Part shown: positions 40,388 to 54,302 of the stretch, piece by piece | Layout: each line of letters opens with the position of its first letter | How positions within the stretch are numbered: position 1 is the stretch's first letter | NCBI GenBank assembly: GCA_951406725.2 | Contig: OX597821.1 | Location: 67,890,001 to 67,954,000, forward strand | DNA length: 64,000 nt | Reading direction: 5' to 3' | Source: Octopus vulgaris | Lineage: Eukaryota | The notes under the pieces: generated by a model | Database searches by the model: none | Told to the model about the DNA's origin: nothing | The model's input: the letters and a program-made list of their open reading frames with translations, nothing else | Translations under genes and position numbers: made by a program

Positions 40388-40598
40388 TGTAATAAAAGGA
40401 ATTCTGTACAATCTTCGTTCAACTCCATTTCTTCCATTCACTAATAATATTAAACTTCAATTATCCGCACCAACGCACGGCTGCAACACCAAATGGTCTT
40501 ATCTCCAACCGTGCTTTTTTCTGCTGTGATTTTTGCTAACCAGGTATCGGTTAAACTTTTGAATAATCTGTAACAAGAAAATTCATCTTTCTATTTCA

Positions 40599-40644
<46 letters not shown>

Positions 40645-40932
40645 GTGTGTATATATGTATGTATGTACGTATGTATATATGCATGCATATATATATATAT
40701 GTATGTATACATTGAGAGTCGGAGAGATAGATAGAGATAGATTTAAGTATATGTGTATAATATAGATGCATGTATTTTATACATAAGCAAAAATTCTAGT
40801 TCTAAAAATCTCTCTAACATACATACATATACATATATTTGTGCATATATATATATGTGTGTGTGTGTGTGTGCGTGCGTGCGTGCATGTATAAATATAA
40901 TATGTATACATATACAGATATATGCATACATA

Positions 40933-41006
<74 letters not shown>

Positions 41007-41030
41007 TGTATGTATGTATGTATGTATGTA

Positions 41031-41065
<35 letters not shown>

Positions 41066-41786
41066 AACCTATGCAGCAGATATGTAAATAGGGCAAATTT
41101 ACCTATTTTCCGTAAATTGTAAAAAACTTTTGCACAGCATTAATCGATTTTCGAAATTGATAGCGTTCTTATCAAAGGTGTCAACATCAATTTGACCAAT
41201 CTTGGACAAACAGTCAGTCAATGTATATCCTTGTAGTGTTTTACTAGCTTCTGCTCGAATGCTGCGGCCATGATGAGGCACGGCTATTAGTTTTGGTACG
41301 TTTTAATTACTTGAAAATCTCCTCTAACATACGACATTTGGTAAATAAGAGAGTTTGCTGGCCTTGTATCTTGATAGTAATGTAGACATCGTTAGTTCTA
41401 TGCATTGACGCCCCATTCTGTTCCTTCTGTACCTTTCATTGCCAACCTTTCGTACAAGTGCTTCCGGAATTTTCCAGATGTATATCACTGCATATTACAG
41501 TTCATCCTTCCCGGATGTTTTCTCTAAAGAATAAGCCTGTCTGTTTCTGTAAGAGCATGTCGACTTTGAAAAATTCTTAATTCTTGACACTCCTCTTCCA
41601 CCATGGAGCGGTCCTCAATTTACCTTTAGTGGCTAAGATACATCTTCTAGAGGTGGGGATAATTTGAATAAAGCAACGCTTTATTTTTAAAGTATTTGAT
41701 GTATCTGTGTTTGGCAATGTTGTTCACATACATACTACTGGAAAAAAGGGTCCGATCGAATAAGTAGAAGGCTTAGAAAATATATA

Positions 41787-42580
41787 TTCCATGTCCCTCT
41801 GCGTCGTAGCCAGTTAATATTCTATCCTCTTCGTAATAGCCCAAGTCTCACCTGCATATAAGAGCGCGTATGTAGGACATGTTATCGAAGAGTGTAGAAC
41901 ATCTGGTATTGTCTAGCATTGTTTTGATTACATCCTTTATTGAAGTAAACACCTTCCATCCTCTTTGAGATTTCAACATATCTCAGTGCATATTCACTGT
42001 GTGCCCTAAGTAGACGTACTCCTTTACCTCTTCGATATCGTTGCTTCGCAACCTCTATTCGGCCTTGTGCTACGTCTTCTGACTCATAAATTTTGTTTTC
42101 ATTCTCTTTATTTTAAGACCTACTGCTAAGCCATGAGTGTTCAGCTCTGTAAACATGGCCTGCAGATGGCTTGTGATTTCAGCGATGAGTACAATGTCAT
42201 TAGGAGAACCGGAGAAGATATTCGAAATGAACGAATTCGAGGACGGGGCGGAGTGAACGATATGGTTCCAGAACATCGGGAGTAGAGGTTTCGTTGAGCC
42301 AGACATGTTACAAGACTCACAGACAACACGTGGATGCACAAAGTTGCCCAGTGGTACTCAGAATATCAGAAAAGACCACTTTGAAGGCCTCCAAGACGAC
42401 CGAAAGACGATTTAGTCGAGCGATTTCGTTCAAGAGCGAACAGAATGGGGGCAAACAGGATAGAAGCGCATTGTGACCAGAGGTGTACAACAGCATATGT
42501 TGCTCTAGTGCAGTTGCTCTCAATGTTAGCAGTACTCTCCCGTTGGGTGCGGTGAAGAGATCCAAGGGACACTGAATAAA
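41787..42580. mobile_element. RTE-clade LINE fragment with 5' inversion
   Basis: Minus strand 42209 to 41787 reads DIVLIAE..LQAM..ELN..GLKI..KTKFM..IEEVKEYVYLG..LLYAGETWAIT..QRDME. Plus strand from ~42211 reads EDIRNERIR..RFR*ARHVTRLTDNTW..KRPL*RPPRR. Confidence 0.85.
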
Positions 42581-42845
42581 AGTGGGGTGATAATGGGATG
42601 GCTAAATGAGGGCGCTGGATGTAAAAAAAAAACTAATAATGGGTTCATTAGGTGAAGTTTCATTTATGAAATACAGTTGTTTTGAATTAGGTCTATGTTT
42701 GTGGTGGTGAGTGTGGGGGGAGCGCTAAGAATGGGATTTGGGAGCTAAGGAGGTAGCAACCTTGAAAAGTTTGAGAAGCACTGCTCTAGTCGATACTGTG
42801 ACACTGTGATATGAATATATATACATATACATATGTGCATGCATG

Positions 42846-42917
<72 letters not shown>

Positions 42918-43113
42918 TAGGGAGAATTCATACAAAAAAAAACAATAGACGAAGACATGTGGTGTAGACAACAAACCGATGCATTAGTATAACGCTCGGG
43001 AAGTGAAAAAAGTCTTTAACGTTTCGAGCTTATGCTCTTCCAAACAAAGGAACACAGAAAGAAACAAGGAGAGAAAATAAAGAATGTGTAGTGGTTAGAG
43101 ATCTATCATAGCG
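42918..43113 (-). mobile_element. Penelope-like 3'-end fragment with decayed hammerhead motif (43014-43049)
   Basis: Minus strand CTTT-gtttgga-a-GAGC(ataa)GCTC-GAAA-CG-TT-AAAG. Stems I and II and GAAACGTT are intact but the CUGANGA box is degenerate. It abuts (TA)n. Confidence 0.55.
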
Positions 43114-43132
43114 AATGTATGTATATATACAT

Positions 43133-43364
43133 ATTTCTTTACTACCCACAAGGGGCTAAACACAGAGGGGAGAAACAAGGACAGACAAAGGGATTAAGTC
43201 GATTACATTGACCCCAGTGCGTAACTGGTACTTAATTTATCGACCCCGAAAGGATGAAAGGCAAAGTCGACCTCGGCGGAATTTGAACTCAGAACGTAAC
43301 GGCAGACGAAATACGGCTACGCATTTCGCCCGGCGTGCTAACGTTTCTGCCAGCTCGCCGCCTT
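43133..43364 (-). mobile_element. SINE family A, young full-length copy
   Basis: Nearly identical to 12447-12677. aatgtatgtatatata at 43114-43129 and 43365-43380 is a possible TSD but is low complexity. Confidence 0.9.
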
Positions 43365-44043
43365 AATGTATGTATATATAATGTATGTATATATACAGGG
43401 TTGTTCAAAACGAACGAACTGATTTCAATACACAATATCTTAATAAGGAAAAGCTATAGAAAACTCCAGCTAAGTCACAAGTATTTACTCACAATCAACT
43501 TTTAATTCCTGTCTTACATGTGTTCAGTGTGGCATATATATATATATATATATATATACATACATACATACGCACACATATAAATAAGTATGTATATGTG
43601 TATATATATATATATACATACACACACATAAGTATGTATGTATATGTATGTATATATATATGTGTGTGTGTGTATTTATATATTTATAAGGAAAGGAGTC
43701 TGAATATGCAGGAAACTAAACATTATTTATTAACTTGCCTTGAGGTTGAGACGCTTTTGGAAGACAAATATAATAAATGTGTGTGTGTGTGTGTGTGTGT
43801 TTATCTATATGTATTATACATATGAGTAAAGACCCTCCACAGCATTCTTCCTCCGCTGTAAACGTCTCACATTATATTTTAGTCTCTGTGGAAGCTTTCA
43901 GCTCCCCTCCTCGCCTTTGTAAAGCTTGTTGACTGTCTACAAACATTCATGCCGTGTAACTGCTTCCACTCTTTACTCTTATCTATTTTCTTTCTTACAT
44001 ATTTTGCAGTCCTATTTGATTAGTGCTATCTCAAAAACTTTAA

Positions 44044-44090
<47 letters not shown>

Positions 44091-44113
44091 ATAAACAGAT
44101 TAAGCTGCTTTAA

Positions 44114-44150
<37 letters not shown>

Positions 44151-44268
44151 CCAATGAACTTTGAAAACAACGTCTGACAAATATGATGCAAACTTTAAAA
44201 ATTTACCATATATAGGAATATAGATAACATATAGGCATGCATATATATATGCATATATATATATGTAG

Positions 44269-44334
<66 letters not shown>

Positions 44335-44337
<3 letters not shown>

Positions 44338-45440
44338 GTTGTTTCACATGAAATGTCGAATTTTTAATTTCTTGTTATTTCTGTCATTTAAAAACTCAAT
44401 TATGTACAGCCTGCATTTAATCTTGACTCTTTTCCTTTCCTAAAAATATTGGTATGCAAAATTCGTATCCACAGTCCTTTTGAAAATGATTACAACCAAA
44501 CTATGTTGAGTAATTTTCTCATATGAGTACAAACTGGGTCACCCTGCTGCAGAAGCGCTACGGAATATGAAGCGGGCCTTTGGCAATGTTTTTGTTGACA
44601 TCAGAACTGTTCAAAGATGTTTCTAAAGGTCTCGTTCAGGAGTTGATAGCCTTGAAAATAAACCAAGGGATAGGCCAAACTCAGTTATTCGGCATGATGG
44701 ATTAAATGCTTTGCTTGAACAAAATCCAAGAACAAAGGTTCGAAAACTTTCATCAGAACTCCAAACATCTCGCACAACAGTTTTTGGGCACCTGTAAAAA
44801 ATTGGAAAAGTCAAGAAAACGGATAGGTTTGTTCCACATCAACTGAACGAGATTAAAAAAAACAGACGCCTGGAAGTGTACTCCTTATCGCTTTCTCGAC
44901 TGGAAAAATAACATTTTTGCATCAAATCATTACTTGTGATGAGAAATGGATACTCTTTGACAACAACAGGAGAGCAGGACAGTGATTTGATGCAGGAGAG
45001 TCACCTAAACACTACCCAAACTCACCATTGCACCCTAAAATGTTAGTGGTCACGATATGGTGGTCATTACTCATTTTTGCAACAAGGAAAAACGGTAACA
45101 GCAACATCGTATTGCCAGGAAATTGATTGTATGCATGAGAATTTGAAAAAGAATCAACCCAGACTAGTGAATAGGAATGGCCCAATTTTGCTCGACGACA
45201 ATGCACGCCCTCACACTCTTCAAGGTACGGTCCAACAGTTGCAAAGCCTGAAATATGAGATTTTGCATCCTCCATCCTATTCCCCTGATATCTCTCCTAC
45301 TGATCATCACTTATTTAAGCGTTTTGAGCTTTTCATAATCAATAAAACATTCTCTTAAATAGAGAAGAGGTAATTGAAACATTCGGACAGATTATCACAG
45401 GAAAAGATGAATTTTCTTTTAAAAGATGGAATATATGACA
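44335..45440 (+). mobile_element. mariner transposon with near full-length transposase pseudogene
   Basis: Fragments YEYKLGHPAAEA, FVPHQL, ITCDEKWILFDN, LLDDNARPH and LHPPSYSPDISPTDHHLF with multiple stops and frameshifts. A TIR-like 5' end follows (TA)n; no 3' TIR was seen. Confidence 0.9.
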
Positions 45441-46688
45441 TAGAGAAAAGAAAGTTAGGAAAAGAAAGATGGCCGATGGTCGCGTGAGAGCCACGAGAGA
45501 GCAAAGGAGGACAAGTGAGGGAGAGTCCTAACTCGCGTTTCTTTCTTTCTGATTCAGCTGGACGAATCAGATGCATTCTTTTCTGTGTCTTATCCAAGCT
45601 TGCTTCTTTGCATTCACCACCTCACCTCGTTTAGGCTTAACAGCCCTTCCTGTTTGTTTTCACTGTCCTGTTTTTGTTACCAATTTTGACCCTCCGCAAA
45701 ATCCCAAATTTTCTTTAATTTGCTTTGCGGGAGCAACTGTTTTATCGAAGGCATATCTTGTCGTAGAATTGCTCGGAATACGGATTAGAAAAACAGCCGA
45801 CAACTGATGAAGGGTAGTTCATTATGTTATTTGTCTTGCTTTCCATTTTTCTTTCGTTGTTGCAAAAAAAAGTTCATATTCCATGTATTCGTAATCTATA
45901 TCTCATGTTTTCGTTTTTTTATGTTCTTTACGTTCCGTGACATTATGAACCCACATATGCCTATGTATATACGTATAGATGTAAGTATGTACATATACGT
46001 ATATATATATGCATATATATATATATATATATATATCATTTATGATATGGATACTCTTGCGGCGGAGTATATGAAACAGGGACAACTGAAGAAGGGGAAT
46101 ATTCTTTATGTTGTATGTCTCGCTTTTTTGTATTTTTTTTTTTTTGTTTCTATGCTTTTGTTTTTAGGTTTTAGGTTTTGTATTCAATGTTTTTTCGATG
46201 CCCTGTACCTATATATGTATGTATATATACACATATATGTAGGTATGTACATATATGTATGTATATATGCATATATTTGTATATTATTTATATTATTGTT
46301 TATAATATATGATTGAACGCCACGTATCCTTTTCCAAGTAAGTATACGTCTTCCTGTAGATACATTTGTGTTTTTATACACTTATGTGATTACGTACGTA
46401 AATTGTGTATACGTCTGCTTTTCTGTACGCATTAATGAATAGAGTGTTCTGTGTGTGTTTCTGCTATTGCGAAGCCAAATCTCTGACTGGCTTTCCAAGT
46501 CAGACGACCTTTAAGCGATTAGATTTACAGCAAGCAGATTGCTTCTCTGTCTAGTCATATCAGACACGACTTATTTCCGCTATATATATGATAATTGGAC
46601 AGCACAAGATGCAGCACATAATACAACTATCTCTATAAAAACAATAATTATGTTTTTAGCTTTAATGCGGTTTGAAGATACACACACG

Positions 46689-46771
<83 letters not shown>

Positions 46772-46952
46772 GCACGCACGCACGCACACACACGTGTGTG
46801 TGTGTGTGTATATGTATGCATATCCTAGATAAATATATTATATATAGAGAGAGAGAGGGAGAGAGATATTGATATATTACATCATATTGTATGGTGTATA
46901 TGTGTGTGTTTGCATGCTTGCGTGTGTGTGTGTTTTGTGTGTGTTAGAGTGT

Positions 46953-47200
46953 GGAGGGGCATGGGTCAGTGGTTAGGGTATAGGACTCATGATCGTAAGA
47001 TTACAGTTTCGATTCCTGAACCGGGCGATGTGTTGTGTTCTTGAGCAAAACATTGAATTTCATGTTGCTCCCGTCCACTCAACTGGCAACAATGAGGACT
47101 CCTGCAACGGACCAGCACCACCTACGTTGGAAGAATTTATGCACCACAGAATCCAGGAAACTGCCTTTATGAGCCTATGACTCATGGAGGACCTGTTACG
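46953..47200 (+). mobile_element. SINE family D
   Basis: ggaggggcatgggtcagtggttagggtataggactcatgatcgtaagattacagtttcgattcc...tgtgttcttgagcaaaaca. Confidence 0.75.
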
Positions 47201-48954
47201 CTTTTGTGTGAGTGTGTGCCTGTGTGTGCCTGTGTACGTGTGTGTGTTTACGTAAATATAGTTGGAATGCCGTTTGAATAAGTTGTTTGTATATTTGTTT
47301 CTGTTCTGTAATAAGTAATCCAGAATGCAAAGTATATTGTGCGATCCCTTTATATGTCAACTGAAGCAGCTTCACTTAATCTAAGTGAATGTCTTTTCCA
47401 GAGCACCTCCGGCATGAACAGTCTCAGAAGTTTCATATATGACGGACGAAAGGCAAGGCGCTAGTACACATGTGCTTCACAGACTAGGTCTAATAAAAGT
47501 TTACCCTTTAGTCTCTTGACTGCCCATAGAATTTTCATGTTTGCCCTAAAGGTCCATGCATGTTTTTAGACTTTTTATTAGCTTTTGCTTCATACATTCT
47601 AAGAGATAGAAAGCTTTCCTATCACAAATCCCAACTTACTCTTGTGATAGAGAACTATTGCAAATAACCCGACTCCGTTGGTCACGAATGACCATGGGTG
47701 CATCTAAGGTCTTGGTGGAAAGTCCCCTCACCGGCGAACGCACAAGCTATGGTTGTTTTATGGAAGACCAGCAGTCGCCCATGCATACCAGCCTCCTCTC
47801 TCCACGCCACCGATGTTATCCAAGGGAAAGGCAATGGCCGATATAGTTCGGCACCAGAGACATCGCAACTCATTTCTATAGCTGAGTGAAAACAATTGGA
47901 AATACGTACATAAATGATACATGAACAAGCGAACGGTTAATAAGTAAGATGCAATCAGCTGAAAGATTATATAATATAGTATGCGACAGGGTCATTATTT
48001 ATAGTCTGTGAGCAAAATGGATTTCAGCCACCGTTCATTCTTAGTTCACTAAAGGCGTCGACAAAAATCTGTTGTGTGCGTGACTGTTTGCATGTACTTA
48101 TAGCTCTATTATAGTGTTGTGCTACAGGAATAAAGGCCAATAATATCAATCTTATAGCATCCACGTTTGCATACATAATCTACGCTGAATGAAAATGCAA
48201 CAACTTGATCACTCGTTCAGCTGCAAGCAATTTGGTTGGAAAAAAAGAGCTTTCTCCCTTTTTATTTTGGTTTCTTTTTAGTCGCCATCTTCATATGTAC
48301 TTGTCGAAAATAATGTTATAGATGTGTAAATTGTCTTTCTCATTTCCGCCTTCTCTGTTTGTTGCTGGTTTGTTGCTCTATCAGTTATTTATGAATAGGT
48401 ATTTCACAGCCTACATTCGTAAATACACATGTTGCGATAACACGGATATTAAGATTATTCCTTTAATTAAGGACTAAGCTTATTTTTGTAGAGATAAACT
48501 TTTTATTTAGGAATTAGCTAACGTTATCGCACAAATTACAGCTAACAGTGCGATGGTCTCTGTTCCGAATCGGAGAACCTACTGTATGTACACATCTGTG
48601 CATGTATGTGTGTGTGTGTGTGTGTGTGTGTCAAAGAGGGAGGAATGGAGGATTGCAGTTGTGTGTATCTCCACATAACGCCAAATGCATTCTGGACCAA
48701 AGACATACACTTACATCGCAGTTTTAAGCAAGAACGCAATTGGCGTTATAGGCACAGCAAAGCACTGCAACAAAAGACTTAAATTTGTATCATTCTACTA
48801 CTGGGACTCAGCGATACATAAGTACAAATATTCGTTTCCCCCATTTTGACATATATACACATACATACAAACATACATACATACATACATACATACATAC
48901 ATACATACATACATACATACATACATACATACATACATACATACATGCGTACAT

Positions 48955-48995
<41 letters not shown>

Positions 48996-48998
<3 letters not shown>

Positions 48999-49165
48999 AA
49001 ATATAATGTGACAGTTATTCGGCGTGGATTTCCGTCCCGCCATCCGAAACTCAGAGTTTTATCATGGCTACCGAATAATTGTCACATATTATATTTACAG
49101 ATAAATTCCTCTATTTAATATCGAGGTATCTTTCATTCTTTTGTTGTCTTACCAGTTCTATCAAT
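48996..49165 (+). mobile_element. short copy of the 731-1816 PLE family with small 5' inversion and 3' half of the hammerhead
   Basis: catccGAAActcagagTTttatc at 49041-49063. 48996-49022 is the inverse of 49071-49099, and the tail matches the reverse complement of 740-830. Confidence 0.7.
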
Positions 49166-49205
49166 ATTTATATATATATGTATATATTTGTATATATATA
49201 TATGA

Positions 49206-49282
<77 letters not shown>

Positions 49283-49375
49283 TGCAAAGACATTGCATGT
49301 ACATGTGTTTATGTATATATATATATATATATATATATAAATATATACATACAGATGTATATATACATACACACA

Positions 49376-49406
<31 letters not shown>

Positions 49407-49414
49407 ATATAAGC

Positions 49415-49465
<51 letters not shown>

Positions 49466-49473
49466 TATACATA

Positions 49474-51210
49474 CCGTGTCTTCCCGATAATGAAACCGGT
49501 CTTAATTTTGCATCCCAAAAACGCACTAGGGCGTAGTTTCGTAGACTTTGTTATATTCCTCGCGGAAAAAAATCCGGGAAAGTCAAAAAAGTCTCATGTC
49601 CTCGGGAAAGAGGAAAAAGTTTAGAAAGGAAGCTCCACGTGTTTTAAGTCACCAAAAGTTTCTTTATTTGCTTATTGTTCTTAGTTAAGTGCAAACATTT
49701 CGTCCTTTTCTGGAATATCGTTATAAATCATCAAATCCTGAACTTCGGACTGAATTTCTTGCAAATCCATTTCCTGTAGAAACTTGGACTCCAATCTCTC
49801 ATGATTGGCAATACAACTTTCCTTAAATGAACACTTTTTGTCCAAGTACCTTGCTCGTAGTGCATTGGCAACGCAACTATTGGTAATTTTATTCCATGAA
49901 TTCTTCACCCAATTCACGATTTCTTGGAAGTTGGATTTGACAAAGTTTCCTCGCTGATTTCCCTCCTCCATTCTATGTTCGACATATTCAATCACTTCCA
50001 TCCGCAAATAATCCTTGAATGGCTTGTTTATTACAAGATCTAATGTTTGTCGATCTGAAGTCATTCCCGCGGAAATCCTTATGTGGTCGATTCTTCTTTC
50101 AGAAAGGAAGGTTTTCATATCTTTTGCCCGATGAGTACTAACCGAATCCCAGACTAAAAGACCTCTTTGAAAACCACATAAAACAAGTGGCATAGTTAAA
50201 TTAACCCATTTTCTTATAACTGTTTGCGTGCACCAAGCCTTTTCCGTTTCAATGACATAAATGCCCGAAACTCGTTCTGTTCTCTCTCTTTTGCCCTGTG
50301 TGAATATAAGCGGTGGGACTTTTGTTCCATCAAGATGAATTGCTGAAATACAAGTAACTCTTCCACTTTTGTAACCCCTTGAGGCAACGAAGATTGACGA
50401 AGTACCTGTCTGTTCAATTGTTGTTTTAGATCCTTGGCCCATAAATACTGCAGTCTCATCCGTAGCAATTATACTGGAGAGATTGTATTTAGAAAAGTCG
50501 ATATCATCAACGAAGGTCATGAATATAAGTGCGCGTTAAATCACTTCGACATCCTACAGCTTGAAGTGTTGTCGATCTTCTTTGAGAGATCTCATACCGT
50601 CGAAGGAACTTATCCAACCAATGAGGTGATCAGTTGAATATCTCTGGGGCTATATCCAACTGTAGTACCATTGCAAGAGCAAAATCTTGAATATCAGCTA
50701 TGCGTTGAACCAAAGGCTTTGTTCTTCTGTCAGCAATCCATCCTGAGGCAATATCTTCCAGCTCCGAAAATAACGGTTGTCTACCTGATCCACACTTGTA
50801 CTTCTTAGTACTTCCTTCGCCCACCTGTCTGCCGAGATTATTCTACTCTGCTTATCCGTTTCAAACCATTCGGAGATCTATCTTCTCTTTACTGAAAACC
50901 CGTAATACTCTTTTTATGTGACTCTTCCACAATTCCTTTCTTGTACTCCACGGAATAACTCTTTCTTTTTGCACTCATCTTTCCTGGGAGACAAGGGAGT
51001 CAAGCCAAGGGGGTCAACTCTGTGCATGCACGCTTAGCACAGAGTTTACCCAATTGCGGTAGTTGGTTTATTTTGCAATCATCGCATGGTCTTGATAACA
51101 AGCTGATGCATTTTTGACTAGGTCTTATTTTCGGGGTAGGTATTATAATTAAAATATCCTGAAAAATCATGGTAGGGTTTATTTTCGGAGTAGGTGATAT
51201 TTTCGTAATC
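49474..51210 (-). mobile_element. pogo/Tc2-like DNA transposon
   Basis: Left end TA-ccgtgtcttcccgataatgaaacc; right end has repeated ggtcttattttcgggg motifs; it encloses a CENP-B-HTH plus DDE_1-type transposase. Confidence 0.85.
49681..50978 (-). pseudogene. pogo-family (CENP-B-like HTH plus DDE_1) transposase, frameshifted
   Basis: Starts MSAKRKSYSVEYKKGIV at 50978; HTH fragment GRQPLFSELED..WIADRR; 279-aa ORF with DETAVF, LLVWDSVSTH and QTLDLVINKPFK catalytic motifs. Confidence 0.88.
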
Positions 51211-51212
51211 TT

Positions 51213-51404
51213 TTATTTGATATTAATTGGTTGCAGGAGAGGTTTTTTTCTAGCTGCTCGTCCATAATACCCAAGCTTATGCAGATATGTAACACTCGTT
51301 CTTGGATTAACTTCTAGCTGTTTTGCAATGTCAGAAGCCTTCGAACGGGGTTCGTTTTCCACAATTCTCTTTAAGGCCCAGATCTGCATGGTTACTCTTC
51401 GCAA
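51213..51404 (-). pseudogene. Tc1-family transposase fragment (second HTH)
   Basis: LKRIVENEPR..ASDIAKQL..LHKLGYYGRAARKKPLL is the Tc1 linker signature. Confidence 0.8.
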
Positions 51405-52267
51405 TGTTTAATATAATAGCACCTGGAATGAAAAAGAATAAATTACATTGTAAATTCTACACCACTGAAAACATATTAAGACGCATAGATCAGAAATTTT
51501 GAAAATTAAAGGTATCTATTTACTACTTGCATGCCTGTGTATATACACGCACACTTACATTCAAACATACATACGTACATACATACATATATACATACAT
51601 ATATACATACAAAAGAGCATGCATGCATGCATACATGCAAACATACATACATACATATACACAGACAGACAGATAGAGATAGATATGTGAAAAAGAAAAG
51701 TGTGTGTGTGTCTGTTTCTGAGAGATAGAGGTGGGGAGATTGACAGGCAGACACACAGACAGACAGAGGGAGAAAATATCATTTGTAAGAATTATATATC
51801 ATAATACTGTCAGAAAATTGGATCCCTCCTGAACACTTTGTAACATCGCATATTTTCTACAACAGATTAAACACCCTCTGTAGGGCATATACATTTAATG
51901 GTAATACCATATGCAAGTTAGTTATGCCAAGCGTACATGTGAGAACCGATAGTTTCCACCCTATGCAAAGGGATATAGACACGTGTACTCCTAATATAAG
52001 TACAAAAAACATTCCTGAACTAACGCATTTCATTGATTTCCTCTTATCAAATGCTTTAAAAATTGTGTCTCCCTATTACTCCACACTACAGCGTTTCTCG
52101 TATCTGGAACTACACGTTAATAAGAAATATTTCCTTCAAACCTTCCCGCTGCCTGCTGTTCCTCTCTCCATCGCATCTTGGAATGATGTGAGGTCAATAG
52201 CTGTTGCGCTAAACGCATCAACCAATACTTCCAATTCTCCAAACTGTCAGGCCGGAAGAAGTTCACG

Positions 52268-52496
52268 CTTCTTCTTCTTCTTCTTCTTCTTCTTCTTCTT
52301 CTTCTTCTTCTTCTTCTTCTTCTTCTTCTTCTTCTTCTTCTCCTTCTTCTTCTTCTTCTTCTGCTTCTTCTTCTTCTTCTTCTTCTTCTTCTTCTTCTTC
52401 TTTCTTCTTCTTCTTCTTCTTCTTCTTCTTCTTCTTCTTCTTCTTCTTCTTCCTCCTCCTCCTCCTCCTCCTCCTCCTCCTCCTCCTTCTCCTCCT
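52268..52496. repeat. (CTT)n followed by (CCT)n microsatellite
   Basis: Read directly. Confidence 0.97.
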
Positions 52497-52666
52497 CTTT
52501 TTGCTTCTTCTTCCAACGACATGATAAAAAGTTAAATAACAAAGACAAGAAATTGCATGCTTCATCTCTGTCGGCTATCGACTTCTTCGATGTATATTTG
52601 GATATACAAGTTTCTGTACGCATCCACACATACATTTATGCACACTCACGCATACACACACACACA

Positions 52667-52731
<65 letters not shown>

Positions 52732-52922
52732 GTATATATTTGCTATTTGCGTATATATATATATGTGTGTGACTGTGTGTGAGCGCGCGTGTATGTGTAT
52801 ATATATATATATGTGTGTGTGTATCTGTATGTATGTATATAATATATATATATATATTTATTTATTCTATATACATACAGATGTACTATATACTGTGTCT
52901 ATCTATCTGTCTACCTATCAAT

Positions 52923-52966
<44 letters not shown>

Positions 52967-53449
52967 GTTTGTGTGTGTGTATTTATACTCACCATATGTA
53001 TGCGTGTGATTGATAAAAGCGAAGCGCATTAGATTGAAGACGTGAAATATTTCTGTTATTTTTCAATCAGAAAGGTTAGGTGTTCTTACACGACTGACAA
53101 AACTAACTTTCCATGTTTGACCTGACATAAATTATTTCTAAATTAGTGACATTTTGTCGTTATATTTTTTATCTGAAAACTGTTCCGTAAGATTGAACAG
53201 CATATGTTTTAATCGCTTCTACAGTTTATACTTCCTATCTGTACCAGTGTATTGTATGTATTTATTTTTTTATTAATATAGTGTCGATGATGTGAGAGCA
53301 AGGAGAGTAATGTATGTAGTCAATTGTTCGAGGAACCGAATCTACAACAGCAAATTTTGTTTCTGATGGAAGGTGTCATACTTATTCAAATAAGGACTTT
53401 TCTCGCAGCTTCTATATCTAACCAGGATATATATATATTACTGATCTTG

Positions 53450-53690
53450 AAGGCAGCGAGCTGGTAGAAACGTTAGCACAGCGGGCGAAATGCTTTGCGG
53501 TCCTTCGTCTGTCTCTACGTTCTGAGTTCAAATTCCGCCTAGGTCGACTTCACCTTTCATCATTTAGGGGTCGATAAATTAAGTACCAGTTACGCACTGG
53601 GGTCGATGTAATTGACTTAATCCCTTTGTCTGTCCTTGTTTGTCCCCTCTGTGTTTAGCCCCTTGTGGGCAATAAAGAAATAAGAAACGT
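53450..53690 (+). mobile_element. SINE family A; an oppositely oriented diverged copy follows at 53790-53965
   Basis: Matches the family A consensus. Confidence 0.85.
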
Positions 53691-53975
53691 TATCATGTTG
53701 GAATCAGCGACGCACTGTTTCAAGACATACCACCATACTACTACTAATACAGGCTGCTGCTACTACAAATAATAATAATAGCGGTCTCAAATTTTGCCAC
53801 AGGGGCAGCTTTGGGGTAGGGGGATAAGTCGATTATATCGATCCCAGTGTTCAACTGGTACTTATCTAATTGAACCCGAAAGGATGAATGGCAAAGTCGA
53901 CCTCGGGCGAAATACCGCTACAAGCATTTCATCCATCGCACTAACGAGTCTGCCAACTCATCGCCTTGTTGTTGT

Positions 53976-54027
<52 letters not shown>

Positions 54028-54229
54028 GGTGGTGGTGGTGGTGGTGGTGGTGGTGAATTAATTTATTTATTAAATACATATTTTATCTGTGAATTTGCGT
54101 GTGTAATCTGGGAATGCATACAATGAGATTCTCTGCACTAGGTGTATGGAAAACACTCGGCGAGAAGCGGAAGAAAATTTGAAGAAAGAAGGAAATAATA
54201 ATATTATTAATGATAATAATAATAAAAAA

Positions 54230-54302
<73 letters not shown>

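Larger units (their letters stand above)
39997..40600 (+). mobile_element. Penelope-like 3'-end fragment forming a ~454-bp near-perfect palindrome plus tail
   Basis: Arms 39997-40211 and 40236-40450 differ at very few positions, and the 24-nt spacer can itself pair around a GCCA loop. A tail follows at 40451-40600, TA repeats flank both sides, and the arms are homologous to the 3' UTR of the GIY-YIG element at 1855-3110. Confidence 0.8.

Noticed and set aside
43395-43530. Possible Tc1/mariner 5' end (TA-cagggttgttc...)
   Set aside because: No partner TIR or coding remnant; too short to support.
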